The translations under genes and the position numbers were made by a program. 43,054 nucleotides of DNA from Acetobacteraceae bacterium (GTDB lineage Bacteria > Pseudomonadota > Alphaproteobacteria > Acetobacterales > Acetobacteraceae): contig JAYTXR010000012.1 of NCBI GenBank assembly GCA_043742865.1, forward strand, positions 1-43,054, given 5' to 3'. Under the pieces are notes generated by a model. It was not told the origin of the DNA. It searched no databases and saw only the letters and a list, made by a program, of their open reading frames with translations. How positions within the stretch are numbered: position 1 is the stretch's first letter; every line of letters starts with the position of its first letter. Of this stretch, positions 32,233 to 41,057 are shown in pieces.

Positions 32233-33009
32233 ATGCCTCAGAACCTTTCCGTCAGAGCCGCCTGCGGTGCGCCGGTCGTCCACTTCCACCGACTGATCGA
32301 ACAGGCACGTGTGCCGATCCGCGCCGACCGGTCCGCTGCCGGAACGCTGCCGGCACGCGCCCTGCGATACTGCGAAGCCGTCACTTCCGCCGCCGGCTTT
32401 GGATGGTGGGTGTTTCCGCCGATCGATCTGACGCTGATGTGGGACGGCGACTCGATTTTCTGGCTTTACCAGGATGAATGGCTGGCGCTGACCACCGCAC
32501 AGTTTCCAGGCTTTTCCCGCGCATTCGATGCCGCGGCCCCGGCCGACCTGGCCGGTTGCGCGCCGCCCTTCCTCACCGTGTTGCCGGAACCGGGCACCTT
32601 GCAAATTTGGACCGGCCTGATCGCGCGCACGGCTCCGGACTGGAGTTTGCTGATCCGTCCTCCAGCCAACCTGGCGCTGCAAGGTGGCTATGCCCTTTAT
32701 GAAGGCATTGTCGAGGCCGACCGCTGGTTCGGACCGCTGTTTACCAATCTGCGCTTTACCCGCAGCCACACGCCTGTTCGCCTCACCGCGGACTTTCCCC
32801 TGGCCCAGGTCCAGCCGATTCCCCGCCACGCCTATAGTGACACAACCCTTGCGTCCATCGCTCTGACCCCCACGCTCGCCGCCCTCTCTTCGGCTGAATG
32901 GGATTCGTATCGGGTGAGTATCGCTGAACCCAGCTCTCGGCCCAACCGTCCTTTTGGCGCCTACGCGACCGAGACCCGAAAACGCCGCCGCGGCTTGTGC
33001 CCGGTCTGA
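32233..33009 (+). CDS. 258-aa protein of unknown function (possibly DUF6065-like)
   Basis: AGGAGA lies 7 nt upstream of the ATG. The N-terminal stretch ARALRYCEAVTSAAGFGWWVFPPIDLTLMWDG resembles the R-x-C-x-P/A-x3-A-x3-GW-x-[IV]-x2-P-x-D/F...W signature I associate from memory with DUF6065 proteins (unverified). It has no TM, no signal peptide and no recognisable cofactor motif. Confidence 0.65.
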   Translation: MPQNLSVRAACGAPVVHFHRLIEQARVPIRADRSAAGTLPARALRYCEAVTSAAGFGWWVFPPIDLTLMWDGDSIFWLYQDEWLALTTAQFPGFSRAFDAAAPADLAGCAPPFLTVLPEPGTLQIWTGLIARTAPDWSLLIRPPANLALQGGYALYEGIVEADRWFGPLFTNLRFTRSHTPVRLTADFPLAQVQPIPRHAYSDTTLASIALTPTLAALSSAEWDSYRVSIAEPSSRPNRPFGAYATETRKRRRGLCPV

Positions 33010-33048
33010 TCGACTTGCGCGAATAAGCCTGGCCGCGAGGAAATACCG

Positions 33049-33591
33049 TCAGCTTGGCATCAGGCTCAGGCAACGGCCCTTGCGGCCGGCGGAGAACAGA
33101 AATTCGACAAGTTCTCCGATCGCGGGCAGGCGCCGACACGCGACGACCCCGGTCAAACGGAGGATTTCCTCCACCGCTTGCGCCGCGCCCAACAGGCTCG
33201 GGTCGTCGCCGGTCAGAACCAGAACGGGAAGGGTTCGGTCATGCTCGGCCACGATTTTCATGACGTGACAGCCATCCTGTCCGGGGCTGTCCAACTCGCA
33301 GAACACCGCCATGGGCCTCTGCGCTTTCAGCAGCGGGGCCAGATCACGGTGGCTGGTAACCTGTTCGAGTTCGATGCCAAGAAATTCACAAATTGTCTGT
33401 AGTCCAGGCGAAAAGCGTATCTGGTCCTCTACTGCCAGCACCAGCGGTTCGCGCCGGACCGGCCCGGCAAATTCAGTGCTCCCGTCCAGGCCTCCGCCGA
33501 CGCGCCTGGCGGCCATCGGTTGCGGATCGGGTTCGATATTCCTCCAGAAAACCGTGTCTTCCCAGCAGGAATTCTTGATCACCTGTCCCAT
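33049..33591 (-). CDS. Stand-alone receiver (REC)-like protein with N-terminal extension, atypical
   Basis: 180 aa. LVLAVEDQ is the beta1 acidic pair, as ED. AVFCELDSPGQDG places an Asp at the phospho-acceptor position. PVLVLTGDD carries the conserved Thr. The usual Lys-Pro of beta5 is replaced by RRLP. There is no output domain. Confidence 0.55.
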   Translation of the reverse strand: MGQVIKNSCWEDTVFWRNIEPDPQPMAARRVGGGLDGSTEFAGPVRREPLVLAVEDQIRFSPGLQTICEFLGIELEQVTSHRDLAPLLKAQRPMAVFCELDSPGQDGCHVMKIVAEHDRTLPVLVLTGDDPSLLGAAQAVEEILRLTGVVACRRLPAIGELVEFLFSAGRKGRCLSLMPS

Positions 33592-33748
33592 GGCATTCCC
33601 CGACGATTAGTAGTCCACGACCGGCCGGACCCTTTGCAGTGGTTCGCCGGACAGGGTCAGTATCAGGGATAGTTAATCTTTATTAAAGATTTCAACCTTA
33701 AGTTATGCCGTTAGATTTATGGATTTTTCCGTGAAAAGCCGTTAATTA

Positions 33749-34204
33749 TTATCCTCTCGTTAATTTCACGGTCCATCGGCACCGTCCGGATACCAGATTT
33801 CCTTCAATCGCGTCCGAACCATCGGACAAATCGATCACCCGGGCGTGAAACAGAATCGTCAGCATCTTCTTATCTCCGCCTGCCCGTTCCTGGGAAGGTT
33901 CAAACGCGTTATCGGGGCCGAGCTTGCCCCGGATGGTCACGGTGTTCTGAAACGGCGCGAAGCCGAAGCCGCCACGTCCAACACTCATCAAGCCGGTCGT
34001 CGTGCTCCCGCATCCGGGCCCATCCGGCGCCACCGGGCCCACCCATCGCCCTTCGACGCCGCCAAGACCCACGACGCGCCCGGATTGCAGTATCGCCGCC
34101 GGATCGGAACTGGCGCACCCGAAAACCAGAAGGGGGAGGGCGATCTGAAGGCCATAAGAAAAAAAACTGATAAAAGGAATTTTTCCCTTGACCAACCGCC
34201 CCAT
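33749..34204 (-). CDS. Predicted lipoprotein, unknown function
   Basis: 151 aa from the ATG at 34204. MGRLVKGKIPFISFFSYGLQIALPLLVFGCASS is a signal peptide with the lipobox VFGC. The longer track ORF (to 34372) would overlap the phage small-terminase gene. Confidence 0.5.
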   Translation of the reverse strand: MGRLVKGKIPFISFFSYGLQIALPLLVFGCASSDPAAILQSGRVVGLGGVEGRWVGPVAPDGPGCGSTTTGLMSVGRGGFGFAPFQNTVTIRGKLGPDNAFEPSQERAGGDKKMLTILFHARVIDLSDGSDAIEGNLVSGRCRWTVKLTRG

Positions 34205-34217
34205 AAAATCGTATATA
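34188..34217 (+). promoter_or_regulatory. Candidate promoter at the left edge of the phage structural module
   Basis: TTGACC (34188-34193), an 18-nt spacer, then TATATA (34212-34217), in an AT-rich patch. It is very close to the ATG at 34221, so either the mRNA is nearly leaderless or the true start or promoter differs. Confidence 0.25.
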
Positions 34218-34220
34218 TCT

Positions 34221-34595
34221 ATGCATGATGCAGACACGCGCACAACACCGCGCAAAACTGCAACTTCCCCCATCTCGTCCATCCAAGACCCCACACCGCT
34301 CGACATTCTGCTGACGACCATGCGGCAGAAATGGTCAGGCGGCGATCCCGTTGGCGCCGCGGCAATCGCCAAGATCGTCGCTCCCTATATCCACTCACGT
34401 CCAATCCATTCACGCCCAGTCCACACGCGTACAGTCCATTCACGTCCGGTCCATTCAAGCCGGGCAACCACCGGCAATCTTTCCGAAACCCAAACGGAAC
34501 TGCACCGACTGACCGATGACGAACTCGCAATCAGACTGGCGTCAGCTCACCGGGGAGCAGAAGACCCGCCAGACGATCCGCACCAGCCTGACTGA
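34221..34595 (+). CDS. Phage terminase small-subunit-like protein
   Basis: It lies directly upstream of, and overlaps, the large terminase gene. TPLDILLTTMRQKW...AAAIAKIVAPYIHSR resembles the conserved segment (..PLEFLL.VMRD......AA.AAAPY.H..) of small proteins that precede TerL in alphaproteobacterial phages (from memory). It contains an HSRPx pentapeptide repeat. Confidence 0.5.
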   Translation: MHDADTRTTPRKTATSPISSIQDPTPLDILLTTMRQKWSGGDPVGAAAIAKIVAPYIHSRPIHSRPVHTRTVHSRPVHSSRATTGNLSETQTELHRLTDDELAIRLASAHRGAEDPPDDPHQPD

Positions 34596-35931
34596 TTGGG
34601 CTTGCGTCGCCCTGGACCCGTTAGGGCAGTCTCCCGCCGCCCATCATCACCTGTTGATCTCCGAGCTGGAAAAAATCGCCACCGGGCTAAACGACCGCCT
34701 GATGCTGCTGCTGCCGCCCGGCAGCGCCAAATCAACCTATGCGTCCGTCCTGTTCCCAGCCTGGTGGTTCACCCAGCACGCCCAAAGCTCGGTCATCGCG
34801 GCCTCCCACACCGCGGACCTCGCCCATCATTTTGGCCGTCAGGTTCGGGATCTGGTCACCGCGCAGGGCGAACGGCTCGGCTACACCCTGGCCCAGCACA
34901 GCCGGGCGGCCGGACGGTGGCGCACCTCCCTCGGGGGTGAGTATTTCGCGGTCGGGATCCGCGGGCCGGTCACCGGCCGCCGGGCTGACCTCGCCATCAT
35001 CGACGATCCCATTAAATCGCACGCGGAGGCAGACAGCGCAAACCAGCGGGACCTGCTTTGGAACTGGTACCGTGCGGATCTGATCACCCGACTGAAGCCG
35101 GGTGGGCGCATCGTGCTGATCATGACCCGGTGGCACGAAGACGATCTGGGCGGGCGGTTGCTGTCGCATCAAAAAGGGCAGTGGCGCGTCCTCCGCCTTC
35201 CCGCCCTGGCCGAACCGAATGACCCGCTCAACCGTCCCGAAGGCGCACCGCTTTGGCCGGATTGGGAAAGTGCTGAAGCGCTCGATCGCAAGCGCGCCAC
35301 TGTGGGCGAGCGGGTCTGGTCGGCGATGTATCAGCAGACCCCTCGGCCCGCCCATGGCAGCCTGTTCATGATCCGGCCTATCGAGATCGCCGACCAGCCG
35401 CCGCTATCGGGCCGCTCGGTCCGGGCCTGGGATCTCGCCGCCACGCCCAAGCGGCCCGACAACAACCCGGACTGGACCGTCGGCGTTAAGTTGCACCGAA
35501 CCGACTCCCAGCACTTCACGGTCACCGATGTTATCCGCCTGCAAGGCAGTCCGCACCAGGTAGAGGAAGCCATCCTCCACACCGCCAAACTGGATGGCCG
35601 CCCGGTCACCATCTCCCTACCGAAGGACCCCGGCTCCGCCGGCGGTTTCGTCGCCAGTTATCTTGCCGGGCAGCTGGCAGGATACAACCTGGTCATCACA
35701 TCCGAAACCGGCTCGAAAGCCTCTCGCGCCGCCCCTGTGGCGGCACAGATCGAAGCCGGCAATGTCTCCATCGTTCGCGCCACATGGAACCATGCCTTCC
35801 TGGAAGAACTTCGAGACTTTCCGTACGGCATCAAGGACGATCAGGTAGATGCCTTGTCACGCGCCTTCGCCGCCCTGATCGAACAGGGTGCTCCGGCTCG
35901 CCGGATGACCGTGCCCTTCCTCGCCCGTTAG
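34516..35931 (+). CDS. terL: Phage terminase large subunit
   Basis: 471 aa. LLLPPGSAKSTYASVLFPAWWF is Walker A-like. ADLAIIDDP is Walker B. LIMTRWHEDDLGGRL is the coupling motif. A C-terminal nuclease-type region includes DDQVDALSRAF. Confidence 0.9.
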   Translation: MTNSQSDWRQLTGEQKTRQTIRTSLTDWACVALDPLGQSPAAHHHLLISELEKIATGLNDRLMLLLPPGSAKSTYASVLFPAWWFTQHAQSSVIAASHTADLAHHFGRQVRDLVTAQGERLGYTLAQHSRAAGRWRTSLGGEYFAVGIRGPVTGRRADLAIIDDPIKSHAEADSANQRDLLWNWYRADLITRLKPGGRIVLIMTRWHEDDLGGRLLSHQKGQWRVLRLPALAEPNDPLNRPEGAPLWPDWESAEALDRKRATVGERVWSAMYQQTPRPAHGSLFMIRPIEIADQPPLSGRSVRAWDLAATPKRPDNNPDWTVGVKLHRTDSQHFTVTDVIRLQGSPHQVEEAILHTAKLDGRPVTISLPKDPGSAGGFVASYLAGQLAGYNLVITSETGSKASRAAPVAAQIEAGNVSIVRATWNHAFLEELRDFPYGIKDDQVDALSRAFAALIEQGAPARRMTVPFLAR

Positions 35932-35938
35932 GACCTGC

Positions 35939-37357
35939 ATGTTTGAAACCATTTGCGACCTGATCCCCCAGGATCGGGACTACCCGCCGCGCGCGCGCGT
36001 GCTGGACATCCTCAAACGCGTCCTGAATGGCACTTTCTATGACGTGCTGCCCAACCAGTTTCATGAAGAAAGAGGTCCTGGCGGAGACTACATTCCGCTG
36101 CGCAACCGCCGCCCATCGGTCCGGTATGCCCTCTCGCGGATCGTCGTCGAGGACAGTGTCGCGCTGTTGTTCAGTGAGGGACATTTCCCGACCATCGACT
36201 GCGCCGACCGGACGATCCGTGCCGCATTGGCCGACATTGCCAAGGAGACGCGGCTCAACCAAATCATGACCGAGGCAGCGATCCGCGGCTCGATCGGCTC
36301 GGTCGCCATCCTGATGCGCGTGCTCCGCGGCCGTATCTTCTTCGAGGTTCTCGATACCACCTGGCTTAATCCAATCTGGGACCCGGAGGCACCCGACACG
36401 CTGAAGGCCGTTACCGAGCGTTATAAGGTGGCGGGACGTTTCCTCGCCGCCACCAGCTACGATATCGGCGACCCCAGCGTCGATTATTGGTTTTCCCGCA
36501 GTTGGGACAGTGGCGGCGAAACCTGGCTGCTGCCGCAACCGGTTGGGAATGATGGCCCGCCTGAGATAGACACCGAACGAAGCGTCCGCCACGGGCTTGG
36601 CTTTGTCCCCATCGTCTGGATAAGGAACCTCCCCGGATTTTCGGCGACCGCCGATCCGAATGACGGCGCGTGCACATTCCGCAGCGCCATCGAGACGCAA
36701 ATTGAAATCGACTACCAGCTCAGCCAGGCCGGCCGCGGCCTGAAATACAGTTCCGATCCCACATTGCTGATCAAGGAACCGGCAACCGCCGATACCGAGA
36801 TCGTCAAGGGTGCCGGCAATGCATTGGTTGTCAGTGAAAAAGGTGATGCCAAGCTGCTGGAAATCGGCGGTACGGCGTCGGCCGCGGTCATCGACTATGT
36901 CCGCACCTTGCGCGAATTCGCACTTGAAAGCGTGCACGGCAACCGGGCCAGCGCGGATCGCCTGAACGCGGCGCAATCGGGGCGGGCGCTGGAGCTGATG
37001 AACCAGGGCCTGATCTGGCTCGCCGACAATCTTCGAGTCAGCTACGGCGAGGGTGCGTTGCTGCAGCTCGCCCGCATGGTCTTGCGGGCGTCCAATACCT
37101 ATCGTTTACAGGTATTGGGCAATGAGATTTCAACGCTCGACCCGGCCGCACGGTTAACGTTGAAATGGCCCCGCTGGTATCCCCCTACGGCGGAGGATCG
37201 TCAGCGGGACGCGCAGACCCTCGCCACGCTCGCCGCCTCCGGACAGATTTCTCGTGAAACGGCCGTCAAGTCGATCGCCGATATCTACGATATCGAGGAT
37301 GTGCCGGCCGAGCTCGCCCGCATATCCGCATCCCGAAAACCGCTCAGGAAGGCCTAA
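35939..37357 (+). CDS. Putative phage portal protein
   Basis: 472 aa, immediately after terL and before the scaffold and capsid genes. Both size and position are canonical. No specific family motif was recognised by eye. Confidence 0.6.
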   Translation: MFETICDLIPQDRDYPPRARVLDILKRVLNGTFYDVLPNQFHEERGPGGDYIPLRNRRPSVRYALSRIVVEDSVALLFSEGHFPTIDCADRTIRAALADIAKETRLNQIMTEAAIRGSIGSVAILMRVLRGRIFFEVLDTTWLNPIWDPEAPDTLKAVTERYKVAGRFLAATSYDIGDPSVDYWFSRSWDSGGETWLLPQPVGNDGPPEIDTERSVRHGLGFVPIVWIRNLPGFSATADPNDGACTFRSAIETQIEIDYQLSQAGRGLKYSSDPTLLIKEPATADTEIVKGAGNALVVSEKGDAKLLEIGGTASAAVIDYVRTLREFALESVHGNRASADRLNAAQSGRALELMNQGLIWLADNLRVSYGEGALLQLARMVLRASNTYRLQVLGNEISTLDPAARLTLKWPRWYPPTAEDRQRDAQTLATLAASGQISRETAVKSIADIYDIEDVPAELARISASRKPLRKA

Positions 37358-37764
37358 TGACAGTCACAGAACAGCCACCGGACGAGCCTGACCCTCTCGC
37401 GCAATTGCGTGCCCGCGCGGATGCGCTGGAACATCTGCTTGCCGCGACCCAGGCAGAAACGGAAGCTCGCCTGGTTCGTGCGGAGCTCAAGGCCGAGGCG
37501 ATCCGCGCCGGTATGGTGGATCTCGACGGACTGAAGCTGCTTGATTTTTCCCGTTTGAAACTATCGAAATCCGGGGAGTTAGACGACGCCGGAACGATCA
37601 TGTCCAAGTTCCGGCAAGCTAAGCCCTGGCTGTTCGGCGCGGCGTCCTCCTCATCGCCCGCCACGGCGCCGCCGGCCCAGCCGCCCCGCAAGAAATTGGC
37701 AACCGAAATGACGGATGCCGAATACCGAGCCGCCCGCGCGGACCTCGTCAAACGTCGAAGCTGA
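37357..37764 (+). CDS. Putative phage scaffolding protein
   Basis: 135 aa. It is a charged helical protein (LAQLRARADALEHLLAATQAETEARLVRAELKAEAIRAG) between the portal and major capsid genes. Its ATG overlaps the portal TAA by 1 nt. Confidence 0.55.
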   Translation: MTVTEQPPDEPDPLAQLRARADALEHLLAATQAETEARLVRAELKAEAIRAGMVDLDGLKLLDFSRLKLSKSGELDDAGTIMSKFRQAKPWLFGAASSSSPATAPPAQPPRKKLATEMTDAEYRAARADLVKRRS

Positions 37765-37798
37765 ACTCCCCATAATCTGAGTTAGAGGAACAATCCGC

Positions 37799-39121
37799 AT
37801 GGGTATTCAAAACTTCCCCGCCGCGCTCCAGCCGATCATCCAGCAAGGCTTCCTGGAACGTGAATTTCAACAGGCGCTGCATTCCCGTCTCGGGTACCGC
37901 GCCGTCGCCGATCGTGAAGACATCGCCGTGGGGATAGGTGAAACCCTCACCAAGACCCGCGCCGGGCTCAAGCCCAGCGTCACAATCCCGCTGCCGCCGG
38001 CCACCAACACCAATCTCGACAACGGCCTGACACCGACAACCTGGGGGGTCGAGCAGTACACGCTGACCATCAACCACTACGCCGCAACCACCGACCTCAA
38101 TATGGTTACGTCCCGGGTCGGCATCGCCAGTCAATTTCTGCAAAATGCTTTCATTAATGGCGAGCAGGCAGCCCGTTCGCTGGATGAACTGGCACGCAAT
38201 GCCTTGTTCGCGTCGTATTTCGGCGGCAATAGTCGGGTACGTAGCACGCTCAGTGTGGCCGGCCCCAGCGTCAACGTCGACGATATCCGTGGCTTCCAGA
38301 ACGTGTTCATCAACGGCGTCCAAACGCCGGTCAGCACCGCGGCGTCGCTCACCGTCACCATCGGCGCCAATCCGTACACGCTGACCGGAACGGCGGCCGA
38401 TGCCGCCAATCTGTCCACCACGCCGGGCGGCATCTCGGGCGTGCTGACCTTGGCTGCCGCGGTTGCAGTTTCCGACGGCACCGCCGGCACCGCCGTCACC
38501 GCGGCCAATGCCTCGGTGATTGTGCGGCCATTCAGCCGTTCGAACACCACCAACCTGATCGCCGGCGATACGCTGACGATGTCCAACCTACTCGACGCGG
38601 TCGCCAAGCTACGCCTGAATGCCGTTCCCGAGATCGATGGGGTCTATAATTGCTATCTTGACCCGGTCTCCGCCCGCCAGTTGTTCGCCGACAATGATTT
38701 CCGCCAGCTGTTTCAGGGCGCTACGTCCGCGAACCAGGTCTTTCGTCAGGGCATGGTCAATGATTTCCTGGGCTTGCGGTTCATTCCCACCACGGAAGCC
38801 TATGTCCAGCCGCATCCGACGCTTGCTGGCTTGATGGTCCGCCGCCCGATCGTCTGCGGCCAGGGCGCGCTGATCGAAGGCGACTTCGCTGGCATGGCGG
38901 AAGATGATATCGCCCCCAGCGACAGCATCGTCTCGTTGGTTGATGGTGTGGCGATGGTGACGCGTGAACCGATCGACCGGCTGCAGCAGATCATTGCCCA
39001 GTCCTGGTACTGGATCGGCGGCTTCTGCGCCCCGTCCGACACCACGACCAATCCGGCGACGATCCCAACCGCCACCAACGCCGCCTTCAAACGCGCGGTG
39101 ATGATCGAACACGTCGGCTGA
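37799..39121 (+). CDS. Putative phage major capsid protein
   Basis: 440 aa with AGAGGA upstream of the ATG. Position after the scaffold gene, the size, and an Ala/Thr/Gly-rich composition are typical of major capsid proteins. Confidence 0.6.
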   Translation: MGIQNFPAALQPIIQQGFLEREFQQALHSRLGYRAVADREDIAVGIGETLTKTRAGLKPSVTIPLPPATNTNLDNGLTPTTWGVEQYTLTINHYAATTDLNMVTSRVGIASQFLQNAFINGEQAARSLDELARNALFASYFGGNSRVRSTLSVAGPSVNVDDIRGFQNVFINGVQTPVSTAASLTVTIGANPYTLTGTAADAANLSTTPGGISGVLTLAAAVAVSDGTAGTAVTAANASVIVRPFSRSNTTNLIAGDTLTMSNLLDAVAKLRLNAVPEIDGVYNCYLDPVSARQLFADNDFRQLFQGATSANQVFRQGMVNDFLGLRFIPTTEAYVQPHPTLAGLMVRRPIVCGQGALIEGDFAGMAEDDIAPSDSIVSLVDGVAMVTREPIDRLQQIIAQSWYWIGGFCAPSDTTTNPATIPTATNAAFKRAVMIEHVG

Positions 39122-39195
39122 TAGCCACGAACGGATCGATAACCAACGGCGCGGCAACGCGCCAGCCTCCCATCTGCCAAAGGACCGGCCCGCCG

Positions 39196-39576
39196 ATGTC
39201 TCTCACCGATGCCGAAAAGACCGACGCGCGCCGGTTCTGTGGCTATCCCGCTTACGGTGCGGGGGCGGCAGGATTTCAGAACTGGAGGTTCTATCAAGCC
39301 TATGGCCTGCTCGAATTTCGTCTCAACAACCTGGCCGATGCCGAACTTGCCGTGTTGCGCGGCTATCTGAACACCCTGCTCGGCCTGGAGGCAGCGATCC
39401 CGAACGCCGCCGCCAACCTCGATACCGACCAAGCCGCGGTATGGACTCGAAATCGCAATGAAACTGCGGACAGGGCGGCACTGTTTGACGATTGGCGCCG
39501 CCGCCTCTGTGGCTTCCTCGGGATGCCGGCGGGGCCTGGGCTTGCCTCCGGCGGCTCCGTGACCTTGGTCGTATAG
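39196..39576 (+). CDS. Phage hypothetical protein (head-associated position)
   Basis: 126 aa. The codon usage looks coding and it lies in the same-strand phage module. Confidence 0.5.
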   Translation: MSLTDAEKTDARRFCGYPAYGAGAAGFQNWRFYQAYGLLEFRLNNLADAELAVLRGYLNTLLGLEAAIPNAAANLDTDQAAVWTRNRNETADRAALFDDWRRRLCGFLGMPAGPGLASGGSVTLVV

Positions 39577-40235
39577 TGGATCGATCTCATCTGCAGGACC
39601 GCATCAGCTGGGGTCTGAACGTCGCCGCCCGCCACATCGGCCGCAGCACCGACGCCTATCGTGCAAATGACTGCGTAGACGCCCTGTCACCGGCCAATCG
39701 CTTCCTGAAGCTGCAGGCAGCCTTCAGCGCGCCCGACGGCAAGTTTGTTCGCCCCAGCGGCTACGGCAATCCGCTCTGGTATGGGGTTTTCGACAATGCC
39801 TACACGCAGCCGGGTGACTACCTGGTACAAGACGCTGAGATCTGGTTTGTTGTCGCCCAACAGCCGTTGCTGCCGGTGCTGTGCGTTCAGACCAATCGCA
39901 CGGTCAGCTTTGCCCGACCCGCCTCGCCCAACGCGATCGGCCTCAATGCGTATGGGGGCGTTTCTGCCCAGACCGCCGAGACATTGATCCGTGACTTTCC
40001 AGCCAGCGTTCTTGGCACCTCTGGTTCCAGCCATCCCGCCGCCAGCCTGCCGGGCGACACCTCCATCGGCTACTGGACCGTGCTGCTCCCAGCGGTATCA
40101 GCACCGGATGGCACACTCGTCATTCTGCGGCAGGCCGATCTCATGACCGACGAGCTTGGCCGGACCGGCGTTGTCGCCGGCGCCGAGCTGACGGATCTCG
40201 GCTGGCGGCTCAACGTGAAGCAGGCAACCACCTGA
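39576..40235 (+). CDS. Phage hypothetical protein
   Basis: The GTG at 39576 overlaps the preceding TAG by 1 nt. 219 aa. The track ORF start at 39492 would overlap the previous gene by 85 nt. Confidence 0.45.
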   Translation: MDRSHLQDRISWGLNVAARHIGRSTDAYRANDCVDALSPANRFLKLQAAFSAPDGKFVRPSGYGNPLWYGVFDNAYTQPGDYLVQDAEIWFVVAQQPLLPVLCVQTNRTVSFARPASPNAIGLNAYGGVSAQTAETLIRDFPASVLGTSGSSHPAASLPGDTSIGYWTVLLPAVSAPDGTLVILRQADLMTDELGRTGVVAGAELTDLGWRLNVKQATT

Positions 40236-41044
40236 TGGCCGATCAGTCGGATGTAGAAAATGCCCTCGCCGCTCTGGTCGCTGCCGCGCTGTATCCAAGG
40301 GGTCCGGATGCACCCAGCCTTCCGGGCCCTTCCTGCCGCGTCTATCGCGGCTGGCCGAACCCGGCAGCGCTCGATGCCGATCTGGCGATGGGACACGTCA
40401 ACGTCACAATCTTCGCCGGCGATGCCGCGCCCCGCCTGACCACGCGCTTTGCCGAGGAATTTCTATCGACACCGGTCACGCCGACCCTGCAGGCGTCGGT
40501 GTCAGGCTCGTCGGTTGCCTTCACCGGGAGCGCCGATCCTGGCCAACTCGCCGGCGTCCTTGTCGATGGCCAGCCTTACGTCTATCGAACACTGTCCAAC
40601 GATACCTCCGCTTTGGTTGCGGCAACGATCGGCTCGCTGATCCGTGCCACGCGTATCGTTCATCTCCACGACGCGACGCTCGATATATACGGTGCCCACA
40701 CCGTTGCCGCACGCGTTGTGGCGTTCCGCTCCGTGCTCCAGGAAATCCGTCGTCAACGCCTGAGGATCCGCGTCAGCTGTTGGTGCCCCAGCCCAACTTC
40801 ACGCGATGCCACGGCGGCGTCGATCGACGCCGCTTTCGCATCCACGCGCTTCGTGACTCTGGCGGATAATTCTCAGGCCTGGCTCACCTTTGCCGGCGGT
40901 GCGGTGTTCGATCAGTCCGAAAACGCCTCGCTCTATCGCCGCGACCTTCGCTATGCGGTCGAATACGCCACCACGCTCAGTCAATCTCAGCCGGAAATGC
41001 TGTTCGGCGCCCTCGGCGTGAACGCTCTTCACATCACCGCATAG
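40235..41044 (+). CDS. Phage hypothetical protein
   Basis: 269 aa. Its ATG overlaps the preceding TGA as ATGA-type coupling at 40233-40237. Confidence 0.5.
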   Translation: MADQSDVENALAALVAAALYPRGPDAPSLPGPSCRVYRGWPNPAALDADLAMGHVNVTIFAGDAAPRLTTRFAEEFLSTPVTPTLQASVSGSSVAFTGSADPGQLAGVLVDGQPYVYRTLSNDTSALVAATIGSLIRATRIVHLHDATLDIYGAHTVAARVVAFRSVLQEIRRQRLRIRVSCWCPSPTSRDATAASIDAAFASTRFVTLADNSQAWLTFAGGAVFDQSENASLYRRDLRYAVEYATTLSQSQPEMLFGALGVNALHITA

Positions 41045-41057
41045 ATATGGAGACACG

